Shown: positions 41,795 to 52,368, numbered from the whole stretch's first letter. The stretch is DNA of 63,476 nt, filler included, from an uncultured bacterium (GCA_964471275.1; 5 parts of 5 records of this genome joined end to end with filler, not necessarily neighbours in it), one strand, 5' to 3'. Numbers and translations: made by a program. The notes: a model not told the origin generated them from the sequence alone.

Positions 41795-42121
41795 CTAGCT
41801 TGTCCAGTGTTGTAATTATGTTGACACATAGAGCCAGTATGTGGGGTTGATTTGGGATCGCAGCTTTACCTACACGCTGTTGATGACACGATCTTGAGCC
41901 CGAGTCAGTCTCAGGCCGGAACGGGTGGCCGCCGGTAGCCTGGGGGCGGTCGCGCAGCCAGTCCGTCGAGAGCGGAGTGAAGACGAACCGCGGGGCCGAA
42001 CCCCATGGTTGGAGCGACAATCGTGAACCGCGTCGCGATAGCTTCTCTGAACCCGAAAAGGAATGCCCCCGGCGCCAATGAATCTGAACTGTGAACACCA
42101 TTCTGAATCAGGCTATTCTAG
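41795..42121 (+). mobile_element. 327-bp CTAG-bounded MITE-like foldback element, copy 1
   Basis: CTAG at both ends; imperfect terminal inverted repeats; homologous to 57395-57722. Confidence 0.7.
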
Positions 42122-42208
42122 CGTGGCCCCGTATTAACGCCACCCAGAAGCGAGTAAGTCTCACAGGCCAGGCCACACGAGTGACAGAAGAGAGGATGGA
42201 ATCGCGTT

Positions 42209-44092
42209 ATGCTTGCCGAGAAATATCCGATCGAGAAACTCAGGGAGTCGCTTGTTGAGGAGTGGCACCCATATCCGAGAGCAACCGAACGCGGCCCCTG
42301 GGAGAAACTGCCTGATCGTTTGAGGAAGGTCTACATCGAGAGGGGCGAGAGTGCGCTCGACTTTGCGTGGCCGGTCTTGCCTGCAACGCTGTTTCTGGAT
42401 TACGCTGTCACTGGTAACCGGACACGGTACCAGGCCGAGCGGAACAAACGTCGCCAATCCCTGGGTCACCTGGTGCTCGCCGAGTGTATGGAGGGTCAAG
42501 GCCGGTTTGTCGACCAGATCGTGAACGGTGTCTGGGCGACCTGCGAGGAGACCTACTGGGGCGTCCCTGCTCATCTGAGCTTGCAGGAAGCGGGGAGGGG
42601 ATTGCCCGACGCGTCCGAGCCGACGGTCGATCTTTTTGCTGCGGAAACATCCGCGCTGCTCGCCTGGACGCATTACCTGATTGGCGACAGCCTCGAGACG
42701 GTCTCGCCGCTCGTTTTGCCGAGGATCGCGCTCGAAATAGACAAACGGATACTCACGCCCCTACTCTTGCGGGAGGATTTCTGGTGGATGGGTCTGAAGG
42801 CGCGTCCGGATGGGCGTCACGTCAACAACTGGAACCCCTGGATCAATTCCAACTGGCTGCTCTCGTTTCTCCTGATCGAGAAGGATCGCAACAGGCTTGC
42901 TGAAGGCGTGGCGAAAAGTATGCGGTCGCTGGATCGGTTCATTGAACCGTATCCAACGGACGGAGGATGCGATGAGGGTGCCGGATACTGGGGACGCGCG
43001 GCAGCGTCGCTGTTCGACTGCCAGGAGATACTCGAGAGTGCGACAGACGGGGCGATCGATGAATTCGACAATGATCTATTCAGGAACATGGGGAGCTTCA
43101 TCTACAAGGCGCACGTCGACGATCGCTATTTTGTGAATTTCGCTGACGCCCCTGTCCTGACCACGCCGGTGCCGTCTATTCTGTATCGATTCGGGAAACG
43201 GGTAGGTGATGATCAGCTGGCAGCGTTTGGTGCCCTGCTTGCGAAGAAAGCGAACCTGGTGGCGAATGGATTTGGTGACAGCGTTGCCAGGCAACTACCG
43301 GCGCTCTTCGCGGCTGAAGAGCTGTTTGCCACGGAGGGTGGGCAACCGCTTCCACGAGATGCGTGGTTCCCGGAAATCCAGGTGATGACGGCTCGGTCAG
43401 CGGCTGGCTCGGCGAAGGGATTGTTTGTTGCCGCTAAGGGAGGCACGAACGCGGAGAGCCACAACCACAACGATGTCGGCACGTTCACCGTGTTCGCCGA
43501 CGGCAAGCCGCTGCTGATTGACACGGGTGTTGAGCCGTACACGGCGAAGAATTCGAGCCCCGAGCGATACGATATCTGGACGATGAACTCGAACCACCAC
43601 AACCTGCCTCAGATAAACGGCCAATGCCAGCAGCCCGGGTTTGAGCGAGCTGCTAAGGCGGTGACATACTCAGCCACCGATGACCAGGTCCTTTTTGGTG
43701 TCGACATCGCGGACGCCTATCCGAAGGAGGCCGGGGTCATCGCCTGGAACCGGACCATCCGCCTCAATCGGAGGAAGGACGTCGAGATAGAGGACGCGTG
43801 CTCGTTCGAAAAGGCTGGAGGCGAGGTTGTTCTTCATCTGATGACGGCGTGTGATGTCAAGATCGGTGATGGCACGCTCACCCTCTCAGAGACAGAGCTC
43901 GCCGATGGCCGAGTGACAGGTGCCGCACAGATCGCTTACGATGGCGATGTATTCGACGCTTCTGCGGAAGAGATCTCGCTGGTCGACGGAGAACGACTTC
44001 ACCGGGTCTGGGGGCCACGCGTGATCCGCATCTCCCTCCGAACGGGTGGATTGGACACGCAGGCTGCCTGGACGATACGCGTGGTCTCCTGA
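42209..44092 (+). CDS. Heparinase II/III-family polysaccharide lyase
   Basis: NNWNPW, DGGCDEG..YW, NFAD and HNHNDVG motifs. Confidence 0.85.
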   Translation: MLAEKYPIEKLRESLVEEWHPYPRATERGPWEKLPDRLRKVYIERGESALDFAWPVLPATLFLDYAVTGNRTRYQAERNKRRQSLGHLVLAECMEGQGRFVDQIVNGVWATCEETYWGVPAHLSLQEAGRGLPDASEPTVDLFAAETSALLAWTHYLIGDSLETVSPLVLPRIALEIDKRILTPLLLREDFWWMGLKARPDGRHVNNWNPWINSNWLLSFLLIEKDRNRLAEGVAKSMRSLDRFIEPYPTDGGCDEGAGYWGRAAASLFDCQEILESATDGAIDEFDNDLFRNMGSFIYKAHVDDRYFVNFADAPVLTTPVPSILYRFGKRVGDDQLAAFGALLAKKANLVANGFGDSVARQLPALFAAEELFATEGGQPLPRDAWFPEIQVMTARSAAGSAKGLFVAAKGGTNAESHNHNDVGTFTVFADGKPLLIDTGVEPYTAKNSSPERYDIWTMNSNHHNLPQINGQCQQPGFERAAKAVTYSATDDQVLFGVDIADAYPKEAGVIAWNRTIRLNRRKDVEIEDACSFEKAGGEVVLHLMTACDVKIGDGTLTLSETELADGRVTGAAQIAYDGDVFDASAEEISLVDGERLHRVWGPRVIRISLRTGGLDTQAAWTIRVVS

Positions 44093-44230
44093 CCCTCTAT
44101 TGACCACCGATCGACGCACGTCTGGCCGCACGCATCAGGACTGGTTGAACCACGGTTCTTCTGGCACGATTACCGTGTCGCGGTGCGACTTCGCCCTTTC
44201 CGGATTCTCAGTAGGCGATGGGGCTTTCTA

Positions 44231-44394
44231 CAGGTGAGTAATCTGAGATCGCTCGTTCTACGCGTCGACGGTCGGTCGTCCCGCCCACCCGAATCGGATC
44301 TGGCCCGCAGAGGGAGACGGATAGACGATCCGACCGTCTTCACGTCTTGGCCGGGACGCGGCAATCTGTTCGACAAACGACCTGAACTCACCTG
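44231..44394. repeat. 164-bp nested inverted-repeat element
   Basis: CAGGTGAGT/ACTCACCTG ends; inner GACGGTCGGTCGTC pairs with GACGATCCGACCGTC. Confidence 0.55.
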
Positions 44395-44788
44395 AATCCG
44401 CCTTCCCGCCGCACTCGACGATCCACGCGTTCCTTCTCGCCGAATACCCGTTTACCCGTACTGCTTCCGGACCAATAGTTTGGGCGAAGCCCTCCCGATT
44501 TTGAGTGTCCGTGCATAGCCGGGAGCCACAAAGGGTGACCCGTTCCTGTATGACCCGTCGAGTTGTCTCGTTTGTGTCGAGTTTTCGTGATGGCTGCTTG
44601 GCAAGCCCGGCCAGACCTGCTATTCTGTTGCACGCTGAATCGTGTAAGGTATGCCGCTCTACTTACTGATGCCCCGTTGTCACGTCCTGACTGCGGAAAC
44701 AGCGGGAAACGGTTGACCGATTCGCACGGTCTGGCGAGTTTTGAGTGGCTTTAGATCATCATACACGACCAATCATAGATAGACAGGA

Positions 44789-47700
44789 ATGACACACAGA
44801 CTAGACATACCATCGCTTCTGCTGTCCATCGCGCTACTCGGGCTGGCGGTTCTGCCGGGATCTGCTCCTGGCGCCGGTGAACTGGCGTTCACGTCCGACG
44901 CCTACAGCTTCAGGGGAGCAACTGGGCCCGAACTCGAGATCGCGCTCCAGATCTCGGTCACCCAGCTGACGTTCTCGGCGATGGATGGTGGATTCACTGC
45001 CCGGTATCGGCCTGATCTCCAGCTTCTGGATCCCTCAGGGAAAGAAATCAAGCGGATCGGTGGTGAGCGCGTTGCCACGCTCGCGTCTATCGAGCAAACA
45101 CAAGACCCTGGGCGGTTCGTGGATGATGTTGCCCGATTCAACGTGGCGCCCGGTTCCTACCAGGCGATTCTCGTCGTGTCTGACGGCAAACGGTCTGGAA
45201 GATTATCATTCCAGTTGGAGGTACCAGAATACAGACCCGGTAAGCTTGGCCTGAGTGATGTTCTGTTGGTTCGATCCATCGACGAGGCCGTCTCCGAGCC
45301 GGATCGCTTCACCAAAGCGGGGCACATCCTTCTCCCTTTGACCACGCGAAGGGTTGAGGTCGCCGATGCCCTCTACTGGTATGTGGAGTTGTATGAGATC
45401 GGTCAAATGGCGCATCGGGTCCGCTTCGAGATTCTCGATCGATTCGATCACGCCGTGCTCACTGAGATACGTAACTTTGGCGCCTATCGAGATGGCGCGC
45501 GGCTCATCGAAGGGTTATCTCTTCGGAATATCCCCGCCGGCCCATATTCACTGCAGGTGACGGCAACCGCTGGTGATCAGACCTCTACCGTGCGTCGCGG
45601 GCTCTGGATTGCTGGGCCGGGTGTCGCCGCGTCTCCTCACTTCAACGAGACCCGACAGGGACACGTGCGGCAGTTGATGGTGGCCGCTGAGGATCCGCAA
45701 GCTGTCCGGCGTTTTGATGAGTTGAGTGGTGAGGCACGGGCACGCTTCACCTATGGCTATTGGCGGGAGCACGATGCCCATCTTGCGACAGCCTACGTGG
45801 GGCCTCTTACCGGCCTGGGTCGCCACGAGGTGCGACTGCCGCTGCTCAATGCGCTCAAACGAGGCAACACCCTCAAAAAACGCGTAGACAAGACGTTTGG
45901 GGAACGGCTTCCGGAGCCGGATACAACTGCGATTCGAGCCGCCCGTGACCGGCTCAACCGGATTCTGGCCGAAGACAAGAACGAGCCTCTTGTACTGACG
46001 GGTGATGCGCTCCTGGCGCTTGAAATGGGTCTGCTGGCAGAGGGAGAGTTCTTCGCTAAACGAGCGCTGAATACATTGCCCAACCTGGCCGATGCACAGA
46101 ACGCGATCGGCCTATCGAAGATCGGGAGGGGAGACTGGAAAGAGGCGATTCAACGGTTCGAATCAGCCGCGGAGGCCGATCCGGACTGGGTGACACCACG
46201 ACTGAACGCGGATCTGACGCGGTTTCTCTCAGGCGAAGGCGATAGTCATACGGAGCTTGCTGCGATTCAGAAGTCCGTCTTCCACGACCCTACGCATCCC
46301 GAAGCTTACTACATCGCCGGACGACTCCTCGAGCGCCACGATCGGCTGGAGGAAAGCGCGTCTGCCTATGCTCGACAGGTGGCGGTCAACCCGCTGCACG
46401 AACGCGCCCGGTTTGATCTCGGACGCGTCTACTACAAGCGTGGGCATATCGATTCTGCTGCCACGGTCTGGCGTGATCTGGCAGAGGCGCGGCCGGACTT
46501 CCGGAGTGTCTGTGTCCCACCGCTCCTGGATGCCTACATCAGGTCGGGTGAAACCGGAAAGGCACAATCCCTCATTTCTGACGAGTTACGCACTCTTGAC
46601 GACGCGTCACGCGCTCGAGTCGAGGACATCTCGTTGGTCGCCGGACCCAGCGAACTGGCCGAATACGAGAGCCTGTCCGAGGATGAGCGACCGAAGTTCA
46701 TCCGGGCTTTCTGGCAGAAGCGTGATCCCACGCCCGCGACGCCCGGCAACGAAAGGCTTGTCGAGCACTACCGGCGTGTGGTGCACTCGTTGCATAACTA
46801 TCCATCCGAGAAGCGAGGCTGGGATCGCCGGGGCGACGTCTATATCCGCTACGGTGAACCCGCACATATCAGCAAGCACGATGATGTGAGGTACGAGACC
46901 GATGGGGGGGTTGTTCGGGTTCGAGAGCGGTTGATGCGTTCTCTGAGTTCTGAAGCCCGTGAAGAGATTATTGCCCGGGCAGGCCGGATGCGGACCTCCA
47001 CACGCGACCGTGTGATCGTTGGTGAGTATGGTCAGCAGGTCGAATATCAGGATTTCGAGTCGATTGATTTTGAGATGAACCCGAACCGGAGCTTCTTCAT
47101 CGGTGACCAGGATAACACGAACAGATACGTCCGTGGCACAGAGGAAGCGACCTATCGCGGTCGGATGCGCGAAAAGCCGATCCAGGGAATCCCGCTCTTC
47201 CCTGTTGATGGCGGCACGACCTGGGAATACTGGATCTACCCGGACGTCGCGGGAGGAATCGAAGTCGTCTTCACGGCGCTCACGCCGAAGGGAGAACTCG
47301 ACTATCCGGATGTACCGCGAGGTCGAGAACTGGCTCGCTTCAACGAGAAATCCTGGTATGAACGCCGATCTGAGGTCGTGATCAATCGGGCAAAGGGCCA
47401 GCAGCCCGATCGCTACCAACTACCGGGCGATGTGCTTGAGTTCCACTTTGCGGCCGCTGATTTCAGAGGACAGCCTGATCGGTCACGACTCGAGATCTAC
47501 TATGGTGTTCCCATACTTGGAATCGTAGGGGAGTCGGAAACTAGTGATCTGTTCGAGCGAGGTGTTGCCCTGTTCGACAGCACGTGGACACCGATCTTCA
47601 GGAACACAGAACCCATGACCTTCCGAGCAGCGGAGGGTGAGGTGGATCAGGGAACGCTCGCGATCGACGAGGTGTCACTGCAGCTTCCGCCCGGCCGATA

Positions 47701-48235
47701 CTACCTGGGTGTCCAGATCAACCATCCTGCGACCAAGCGCCGAAACGGCTACACGCAGGAATTGATCGTCGAAGACTACAACGTCACGGGGCTGGCGCTG
47801 AGTGACATCGAGATCGCCGGGCGTGTCGAGCCGGATGCTTCGACTGAAGAGAAGGGCGGACTCCTGGTCCTTCCGATGCCGTCGCGGACATTCAAACCCG
47901 GTCAGCCGGTTGTGATCTATTATGAGGTTTATGGGTTGGCTAAGGATACGTTCGGGCAGACCCATCACCGCGTGGACTACAAGATCAAGCCGCGTGAAGG
48001 GAAACTCAGCGCTGTTCGCGTTCTCCGCGCGCTTGGGAAGCTGCTCGGTATCGAAGAGAAGGCGATCGTCACGATATCTTATGAACGATCGGGTTCGGAC
48101 CCCGATGAGCACAACTACCTGGAGATAGATCCGGGGGAATCCAGAGAGGGCGTGTACGAACTGACGGTTACAGTCACAGATCTTGTCAGCGAAGCCGTTA
48201 CCGAGAAGGACGCGACCTTCCTGATCGGGGAGTGA
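44789..48235 (+). CDS. Secreted GWxTD-domain and TPR protein
   Basis: Signal peptide; TPRs; FWQKRDPTP.T..NE...EHYRRV...GWDRRG.VYIRYGEP. Confidence 0.85.
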   Translation: MTHRLDIPSLLLSIALLGLAVLPGSAPGAGELAFTSDAYSFRGATGPELEIALQISVTQLTFSAMDGGFTARYRPDLQLLDPSGKEIKRIGGERVATLASIEQTQDPGRFVDDVARFNVAPGSYQAILVVSDGKRSGRLSFQLEVPEYRPGKLGLSDVLLVRSIDEAVSEPDRFTKAGHILLPLTTRRVEVADALYWYVELYEIGQMAHRVRFEILDRFDHAVLTEIRNFGAYRDGARLIEGLSLRNIPAGPYSLQVTATAGDQTSTVRRGLWIAGPGVAASPHFNETRQGHVRQLMVAAEDPQAVRRFDELSGEARARFTYGYWREHDAHLATAYVGPLTGLGRHEVRLPLLNALKRGNTLKKRVDKTFGERLPEPDTTAIRAARDRLNRILAEDKNEPLVLTGDALLALEMGLLAEGEFFAKRALNTLPNLADAQNAIGLSKIGRGDWKEAIQRFESAAEADPDWVTPRLNADLTRFLSGEGDSHTELAAIQKSVFHDPTHPEAYYIAGRLLERHDRLEESASAYARQVAVNPLHERARFDLGRVYYKRGHIDSAATVWRDLAEARPDFRSVCVPPLLDAYIRSGETGKAQSLISDELRTLDDASRARVEDISLVAGPSELAEYESLSEDERPKFIRAFWQKRDPTPATPGNERLVEHYRRVVHSLHNYPSEKRGWDRRGDVYIRYGEPAHISKHDDVRYETDGGVVRVRERLMRSLSSEAREEIIARAGRMRTSTRDRVIVGEYGQQVEYQDFESIDFEMNPNRSFFIGDQDNTNRYVRGTEEATYRGRMREKPIQGIPLFPVDGGTTWEYWIYPDVAGGIEVVFTALTPKGELDYPDVPRGRELARFNEKSWYERRSEVVINRAKGQQPDRYQLPGDVLEFHFAAADFRGQPDRSRLEIYYGVPILGIVGESETSDLFERGVALFDSTWTPIFRNTEPMTFRAAEGEVDQGTLAIDEVSLQLPPGRYYLGVQINHPATKRRNGYTQELIVEDYNVTGLALSDIEIAGRVEPDASTEEKGGLLVLPMPSRTFKPGQPVVIYYEVYGLAKDTFGQTHHRVDYKIKPREGKLSAVRVLRALGKLLGIEEKAIVTISYERSGSDPDEHNYLEIDPGESREGVYELTVTVTDLVSEAVTEKDATFLIGE

Positions 48236-50082
48236 TGGGCAAGACACGCGCAAAGGACCGAGCAGGCAAGTGGCCGAAGGATCTCTGGATCGTCCTGATT
48301 TGCGCAGCAGTCATTCGCTTCCTGCATCTTTATGCGTTCTTTGGAAACAGCCCGTTTTCGGGAACGCTCGTGTCGGACGCCCATATTTTCGATGCCTGGG
48401 GGGCACGCATTGCTGGTGGTGACTGGGTGGGTGGACCGCAGTTGTTCGTCTTGCCCCCGCTGTATCCTTACCTGCTCGGTCTTGTCTACACCGTTTTCGG
48501 CCGGTCGCCGAGCCTGATCGTCGGGCTGCAATCTGTCCTTGGCATCATCTGTTCAGGTCTCCTCTGGCGATTCGCATCCCGCCGATTCGGAGGCGTGGCC
48601 GGACTGTGTGCCGGTATCCTGTTCGCGTGTACGGGAACTGTCCTGTTCTTCGAAAGCATGCTCGTCGGAACCTCTCTCGCCGTGTTTCTCTGCGTTGCTC
48701 TTCTAACCTGCCTGGACAATTGGACCACGAATGAAGACCAGCGGTCTCTGGCTCTCGCCGGGCTGTCTGTTGGCCTGCTCTCCGTCCTTAGGCCCAACGC
48801 AATCTTTCTGATTCCCGCTGTTGGTGCGATTGCCCTCTGGCCGGTCCACACGGTGGACCGGCGACGTTTCTGGGAAGCGGCTGCACGTTACGCCCTGCCG
48901 CTGGCTCTCCCTCTGTTGATCCTCTTTCTGCGTAACGGCATCGTTGCCGGTGAGTGGACACCCCTGTCGGGACACGGTGGGATCAACTTCTACATGGGAA
49001 ATCATGCGGGAGCGCCTGGCTGGTTCGCCCCTCCGCCAGGGATGAACGCGCAGATCACGCCCGACGAACCGGAGGGTAACCGCACAGGTCCGCGGCGGAT
49101 TGCCGAGGCTGATACCCGTCGAACGATGTCGGATCACGAAGTCTCCGACTACTGGTTTGAACGAGGGCTTGCATTCATCGCCGCACAGCCTGCTGAAGCG
49201 CTCACGGTGACGATGCGAAAAGCCCGACTTTTCCTGTCAGCATACGAAACGCCGCTGAACTATAGCTATGAGTATCACCGGAAATACGCAGCAGTTCTGA
49301 GCATTCCCTTTGGTCAGCTTTGGGTTCTCTATCCGCTCAGTATTCTGGGCATCTGGGCTGGTTTCGCGGGGGAACAGAAACGTGTTTACGATCTGCTCAT
49401 CCTCCTCGGTGTGTATGCGGCGAGCGTGATTCTGTTTCACGTCTCGACCAGATACAGGATGCCGGTCCTGCCGATCCTGGGACTGCTTGCCGGACTGGGT
49501 TTACAGCACCTGGGAGAAGCTTTGCGGCAGAAAGATCGACGAACCCTCGTGCAGGCTGGACTATCAGCAATCCTCCTGATCACTCTCTTCTACAGTGAAC
49601 GCGGGACCTGGCGTAGTGCGCGTCCAGACAGCATGGACCCCTTCAACCTGGGAACATCACACCTCTATGCGGGTCGTCCAGACCTTGCGATCCCATATCT
49701 GGAAGAGGCACGGGATGCTGGCGGGCAGTTTGCGAGTCTTCACTACAACCTGGGGGTGAGCTACGCATCGCGCGGTCGCAACCGGGAGGCAGTCTTGGCA
49801 TATGAGAAGGCGATATCGGTAGACCCGGGGCTGGCTCCGGCACACACGAATCTAGGTAACCTCCTTTTCAGTGCCGGACAGTATGATGAAGCGGAGACGG
49901 CCTATCACGCTGCCCTTCGCGCGGATGCCGCCTCGCACAACGCTCGGGCCGCTCTCGGCTGGGTTCACTACACTTACCATCGCAATGACTCCGCTCGTGC
50001 GGTCTGGACCGCCGTTCTGAGCCAGGTTCCTGACAACGCGTCGGCGCTTGCGGGCATGCAGAAGCTCCTCGATTCTCCATAA
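48232..50082 (+). CDS. GT-C (PMT_2/ArnT-like) glycosyltransferase with C-terminal TPRs
   Basis: Many TM helices; D...F..W, PPLYPYLL, RPN, GINFYMGN and RYRMP motifs; TPRs (HYNLG, AHTNLG). Confidence 0.8.
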   Translation: MMGKTRAKDRAGKWPKDLWIVLICAAVIRFLHLYAFFGNSPFSGTLVSDAHIFDAWGARIAGGDWVGGPQLFVLPPLYPYLLGLVYTVFGRSPSLIVGLQSVLGIICSGLLWRFASRRFGGVAGLCAGILFACTGTVLFFESMLVGTSLAVFLCVALLTCLDNWTTNEDQRSLALAGLSVGLLSVLRPNAIFLIPAVGAIALWPVHTVDRRRFWEAAARYALPLALPLLILFLRNGIVAGEWTPLSGHGGINFYMGNHAGAPGWFAPPPGMNAQITPDEPEGNRTGPRRIAEADTRRTMSDHEVSDYWFERGLAFIAAQPAEALTVTMRKARLFLSAYETPLNYSYEYHRKYAAVLSIPFGQLWVLYPLSILGIWAGFAGEQKRVYDLLILLGVYAASVILFHVSTRYRMPVLPILGLLAGLGLQHLGEALRQKDRRTLVQAGLSAILLITLFYSERGTWRSARPDSMDPFNLGTSHLYAGRPDLAIPYLEEARDAGGQFASLHYNLGVSYASRGRNREAVLAYEKAISVDPGLAPAHTNLGNLLFSAGQYDEAETAYHAALRADAASHNARAALGWVHYTYHRNDSARAVWTAVLSQVPDNASALAGMQKLLDSP

Positions 50083-50230
50083 CCGCTCCAACCGACTTGC
50101 CCGTTTTCCCGTACCGCGGAAGTTGACAGATCCTGATTCCACACATTAGGTTGCATCGATTCCGGCTAACGGCTGCTAATACATGCCTGAGCAGCAGCAA
50201 CTCACATAATACGGAAGACGAATCCTCGAT

Positions 50231-52159
50231 TTGACCAAACGCGCATTTATCATCGGTTCCATCACGGCGATCTTTGTGGCCATCTGGCCGGCCTATTCCA
50301 GCTATATCATCCGTTCATCTCGCATGGACTACGGCCACCTGTCGGGAGCTATTCTGATCCCGTTCCTGGGACTGCTTCTCGTCAACTCGACTGTGGCCCG
50401 ACGTGGGAGAGGGCTGACCGCCTCCGAACTGATCCTGATTGCGCTGATGGGCATGGTTTCTGCCCTCACGCAAGGAGAGTGGCTCGTTGGCTACTTTCTC
50501 GGCGTCATCACAGCTCCCAGCTATTTCGCCTCGGCAGAGAACAACTGGGGCGAGGTCCTGCTCACACGCATCCCGCCGTGGTCCATTGTATCCGAGCGAT
50601 CGGTTGTTGCGGGATTCTACGAGGGTCTGGCACCGGGAACTGCGTTTCCGTGGGGAGCGTGGTTAACTCCGCTCCTCTGGTGGGGTGCGTTCTTTCTGAC
50701 TTTCTTCGTCGCGAATCTCTGTGTCGTCGTTGTCTTCAGGAAGCAGTGGATGGACAGCGAGCGTCTTCCGTTTCCGATTGCTGCCGGGCTTCTGGAACTC
50801 ACCGGACAGCAGGGAGAGAAGGGCACCCTCCGGGATCTGATGAGCGATCGGTTGTTCAAGATCGGTTTCTGGGTCGTCTTCGCGATTTTTATCTGGGATC
50901 CGATCTCGTGGTCTAGCGAATTGATGCCCGCCTTCGAGCCACAGGTAGATCGCCAGATCTTCCTCGCCAGGGGCTTTCCCTTCCTGCGATTCAGTCCGAA
51001 CGCGATGACGATCGCCTTTGCCTATTTCACCGAGTCGGATGTTCTGTTCAGCATCTGGGTATTCCACCTGATCACCGTGTTCCAGGTCGGTATTCTGAAC
51101 AGGTTCGGTCTCGAGATGGGCTCACCCGACCCGTGGACTTCGTTCCATCCCGCAGTAGGTTGGCAGAGCTTCGGTAGCCTGATCATCTTTGTCCTGTGGG
51201 GGCTCTGGGTGGCTCGCGTGCACCTGGTGAACGTGGCGCGTAAAGCTTTCAAGGGAGACGACGAGGTGGACGATTCCGAGGAGATTCTGTCTTACCGTTC
51301 TGCTGTCTTCCTGTTTCTGACGTGTTCCTTGTTCAGCGGGCTTTTTCTTTGGCGCCTGGGGTTGTCTGCGAAACCGCTGCTCGCTTTCTGGGGAACAACC
51401 ATCATTCTCTACCTCGGACTTGCGCGCATCATCGTAGAGACGGGAATGGTCTTTATCCGGACACCGTTGACGGGGCAGGCTTTCACCTGGCATTTGCTGG
51501 GTATATCCGGGATCAGCGGTGTCAATGCGACGGCGTTGGGTCTGGCCTACACATTCATGGCGGATGCCAAAACACTGGGGATCACCACGCTGGCGCACAT
51601 TCCCCGTCTTGCTCTCGCGATGGACAAGGAAAAACGGCGAAAGGTCACGTCGGCGGTTTCATTTGCTTTTATCCTCGGGCTGATCTCGATCTGCACATTC
51701 ACGATCTATGAGGGGAACTACGGCGTTGGAAGCTACAATTTCGGGAGCGTGAGCTTCAACGGTTCTGGTGACGGTGGGGTCGGTGTCTGGCGGATTACGG
51801 CGAATCGAATTGTGGCAAATGACCTGAAGATCGGCTGGTCGCGGATCTTCTGGATGGGTTTTGGCATCCTGTTTACGATCGGGCTCTACGGTATCCGGTA
51901 TCGTTTTCCGAACCTTGCCCTGCACCCGATCGGTCTGGCAATCTCGGGGTCTGACGTCCTCCGGAGCGGGATTTCCTCGATCTTCATCGTCTGGGCCGCC
52001 AAAGTGCTGATTTTCCGGTTCGGCGGGCTGAACCTGTATCGAAAAGGGAAGCCGATGGTCATGGGTATTCTGATCGGCTATCTGACAGCGGTCGCTGCCG
52101 GTATCGCTGTGGATACGATCTGGTTTCCCGGGCTGGGTCACAAGATGCACGGATGGTAG
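50231..52159 (+). CDS. DUF6785/DUF6784-like polytopic membrane protein (putative transporter)
   Basis: Many TM helices; KQW...ERLPFP and LHPIG motifs. Confidence 0.7.
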   Translation: MTKRAFIIGSITAIFVAIWPAYSSYIIRSSRMDYGHLSGAILIPFLGLLLVNSTVARRGRGLTASELILIALMGMVSALTQGEWLVGYFLGVITAPSYFASAENNWGEVLLTRIPPWSIVSERSVVAGFYEGLAPGTAFPWGAWLTPLLWWGAFFLTFFVANLCVVVVFRKQWMDSERLPFPIAAGLLELTGQQGEKGTLRDLMSDRLFKIGFWVVFAIFIWDPISWSSELMPAFEPQVDRQIFLARGFPFLRFSPNAMTIAFAYFTESDVLFSIWVFHLITVFQVGILNRFGLEMGSPDPWTSFHPAVGWQSFGSLIIFVLWGLWVARVHLVNVARKAFKGDDEVDDSEEILSYRSAVFLFLTCSLFSGLFLWRLGLSAKPLLAFWGTTIILYLGLARIIVETGMVFIRTPLTGQAFTWHLLGISGISGVNATALGLAYTFMADAKTLGITTLAHIPRLALAMDKEKRRKVTSAVSFAFILGLISICTFTIYEGNYGVGSYNFGSVSFNGSGDGGVGVWRITANRIVANDLKIGWSRIFWMGFGILFTIGLYGIRYRFPNLALHPIGLAISGSDVLRSGISSIFIVWAAKVLIFRFGGLNLYRKGKPMVMGILIGYLTAVAAGIAVDTIWFPGLGHKMHGW

Positions 52160-52268
52160 TAAATTGAGGATCTATCGAAAAAGTTTACTACAGTGCCAAA
52201 AAAAAGCGTTTGACCTTGTAAGTTTTTTACCCTTACCTGTTGTTCGCAGCTGTACGAGATGGCATAAG

Positions 52269-52368
52269 NNNNNNNNNNNNNNNNNNNNNNNNNNNNNNNN
52301 NNNNNNNNNNNNTTAATTAATTAANNNNNNNNNNNNNNNNNNNNNNNNNNNNNNNNNNNNNNNNNNNN
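52269..52368. other. Artificial contig linker
   Basis: N-TTAATTAATTAA-N. Confidence 0.99.

Noticed and set aside
41821..41826. TTGACA in the repeat element as a promoter
   Set aside because: No acceptable -10 at 16-18 nt in either copy; better explained as part of the terminal repeat
13047..52368. Four identical TTAATTAATTAA motifs at about 13-kb spacing
   Set aside because: Artificial linkers between contigs of decreasing length (13011, 12992, 12919 bp), not a biological repeat
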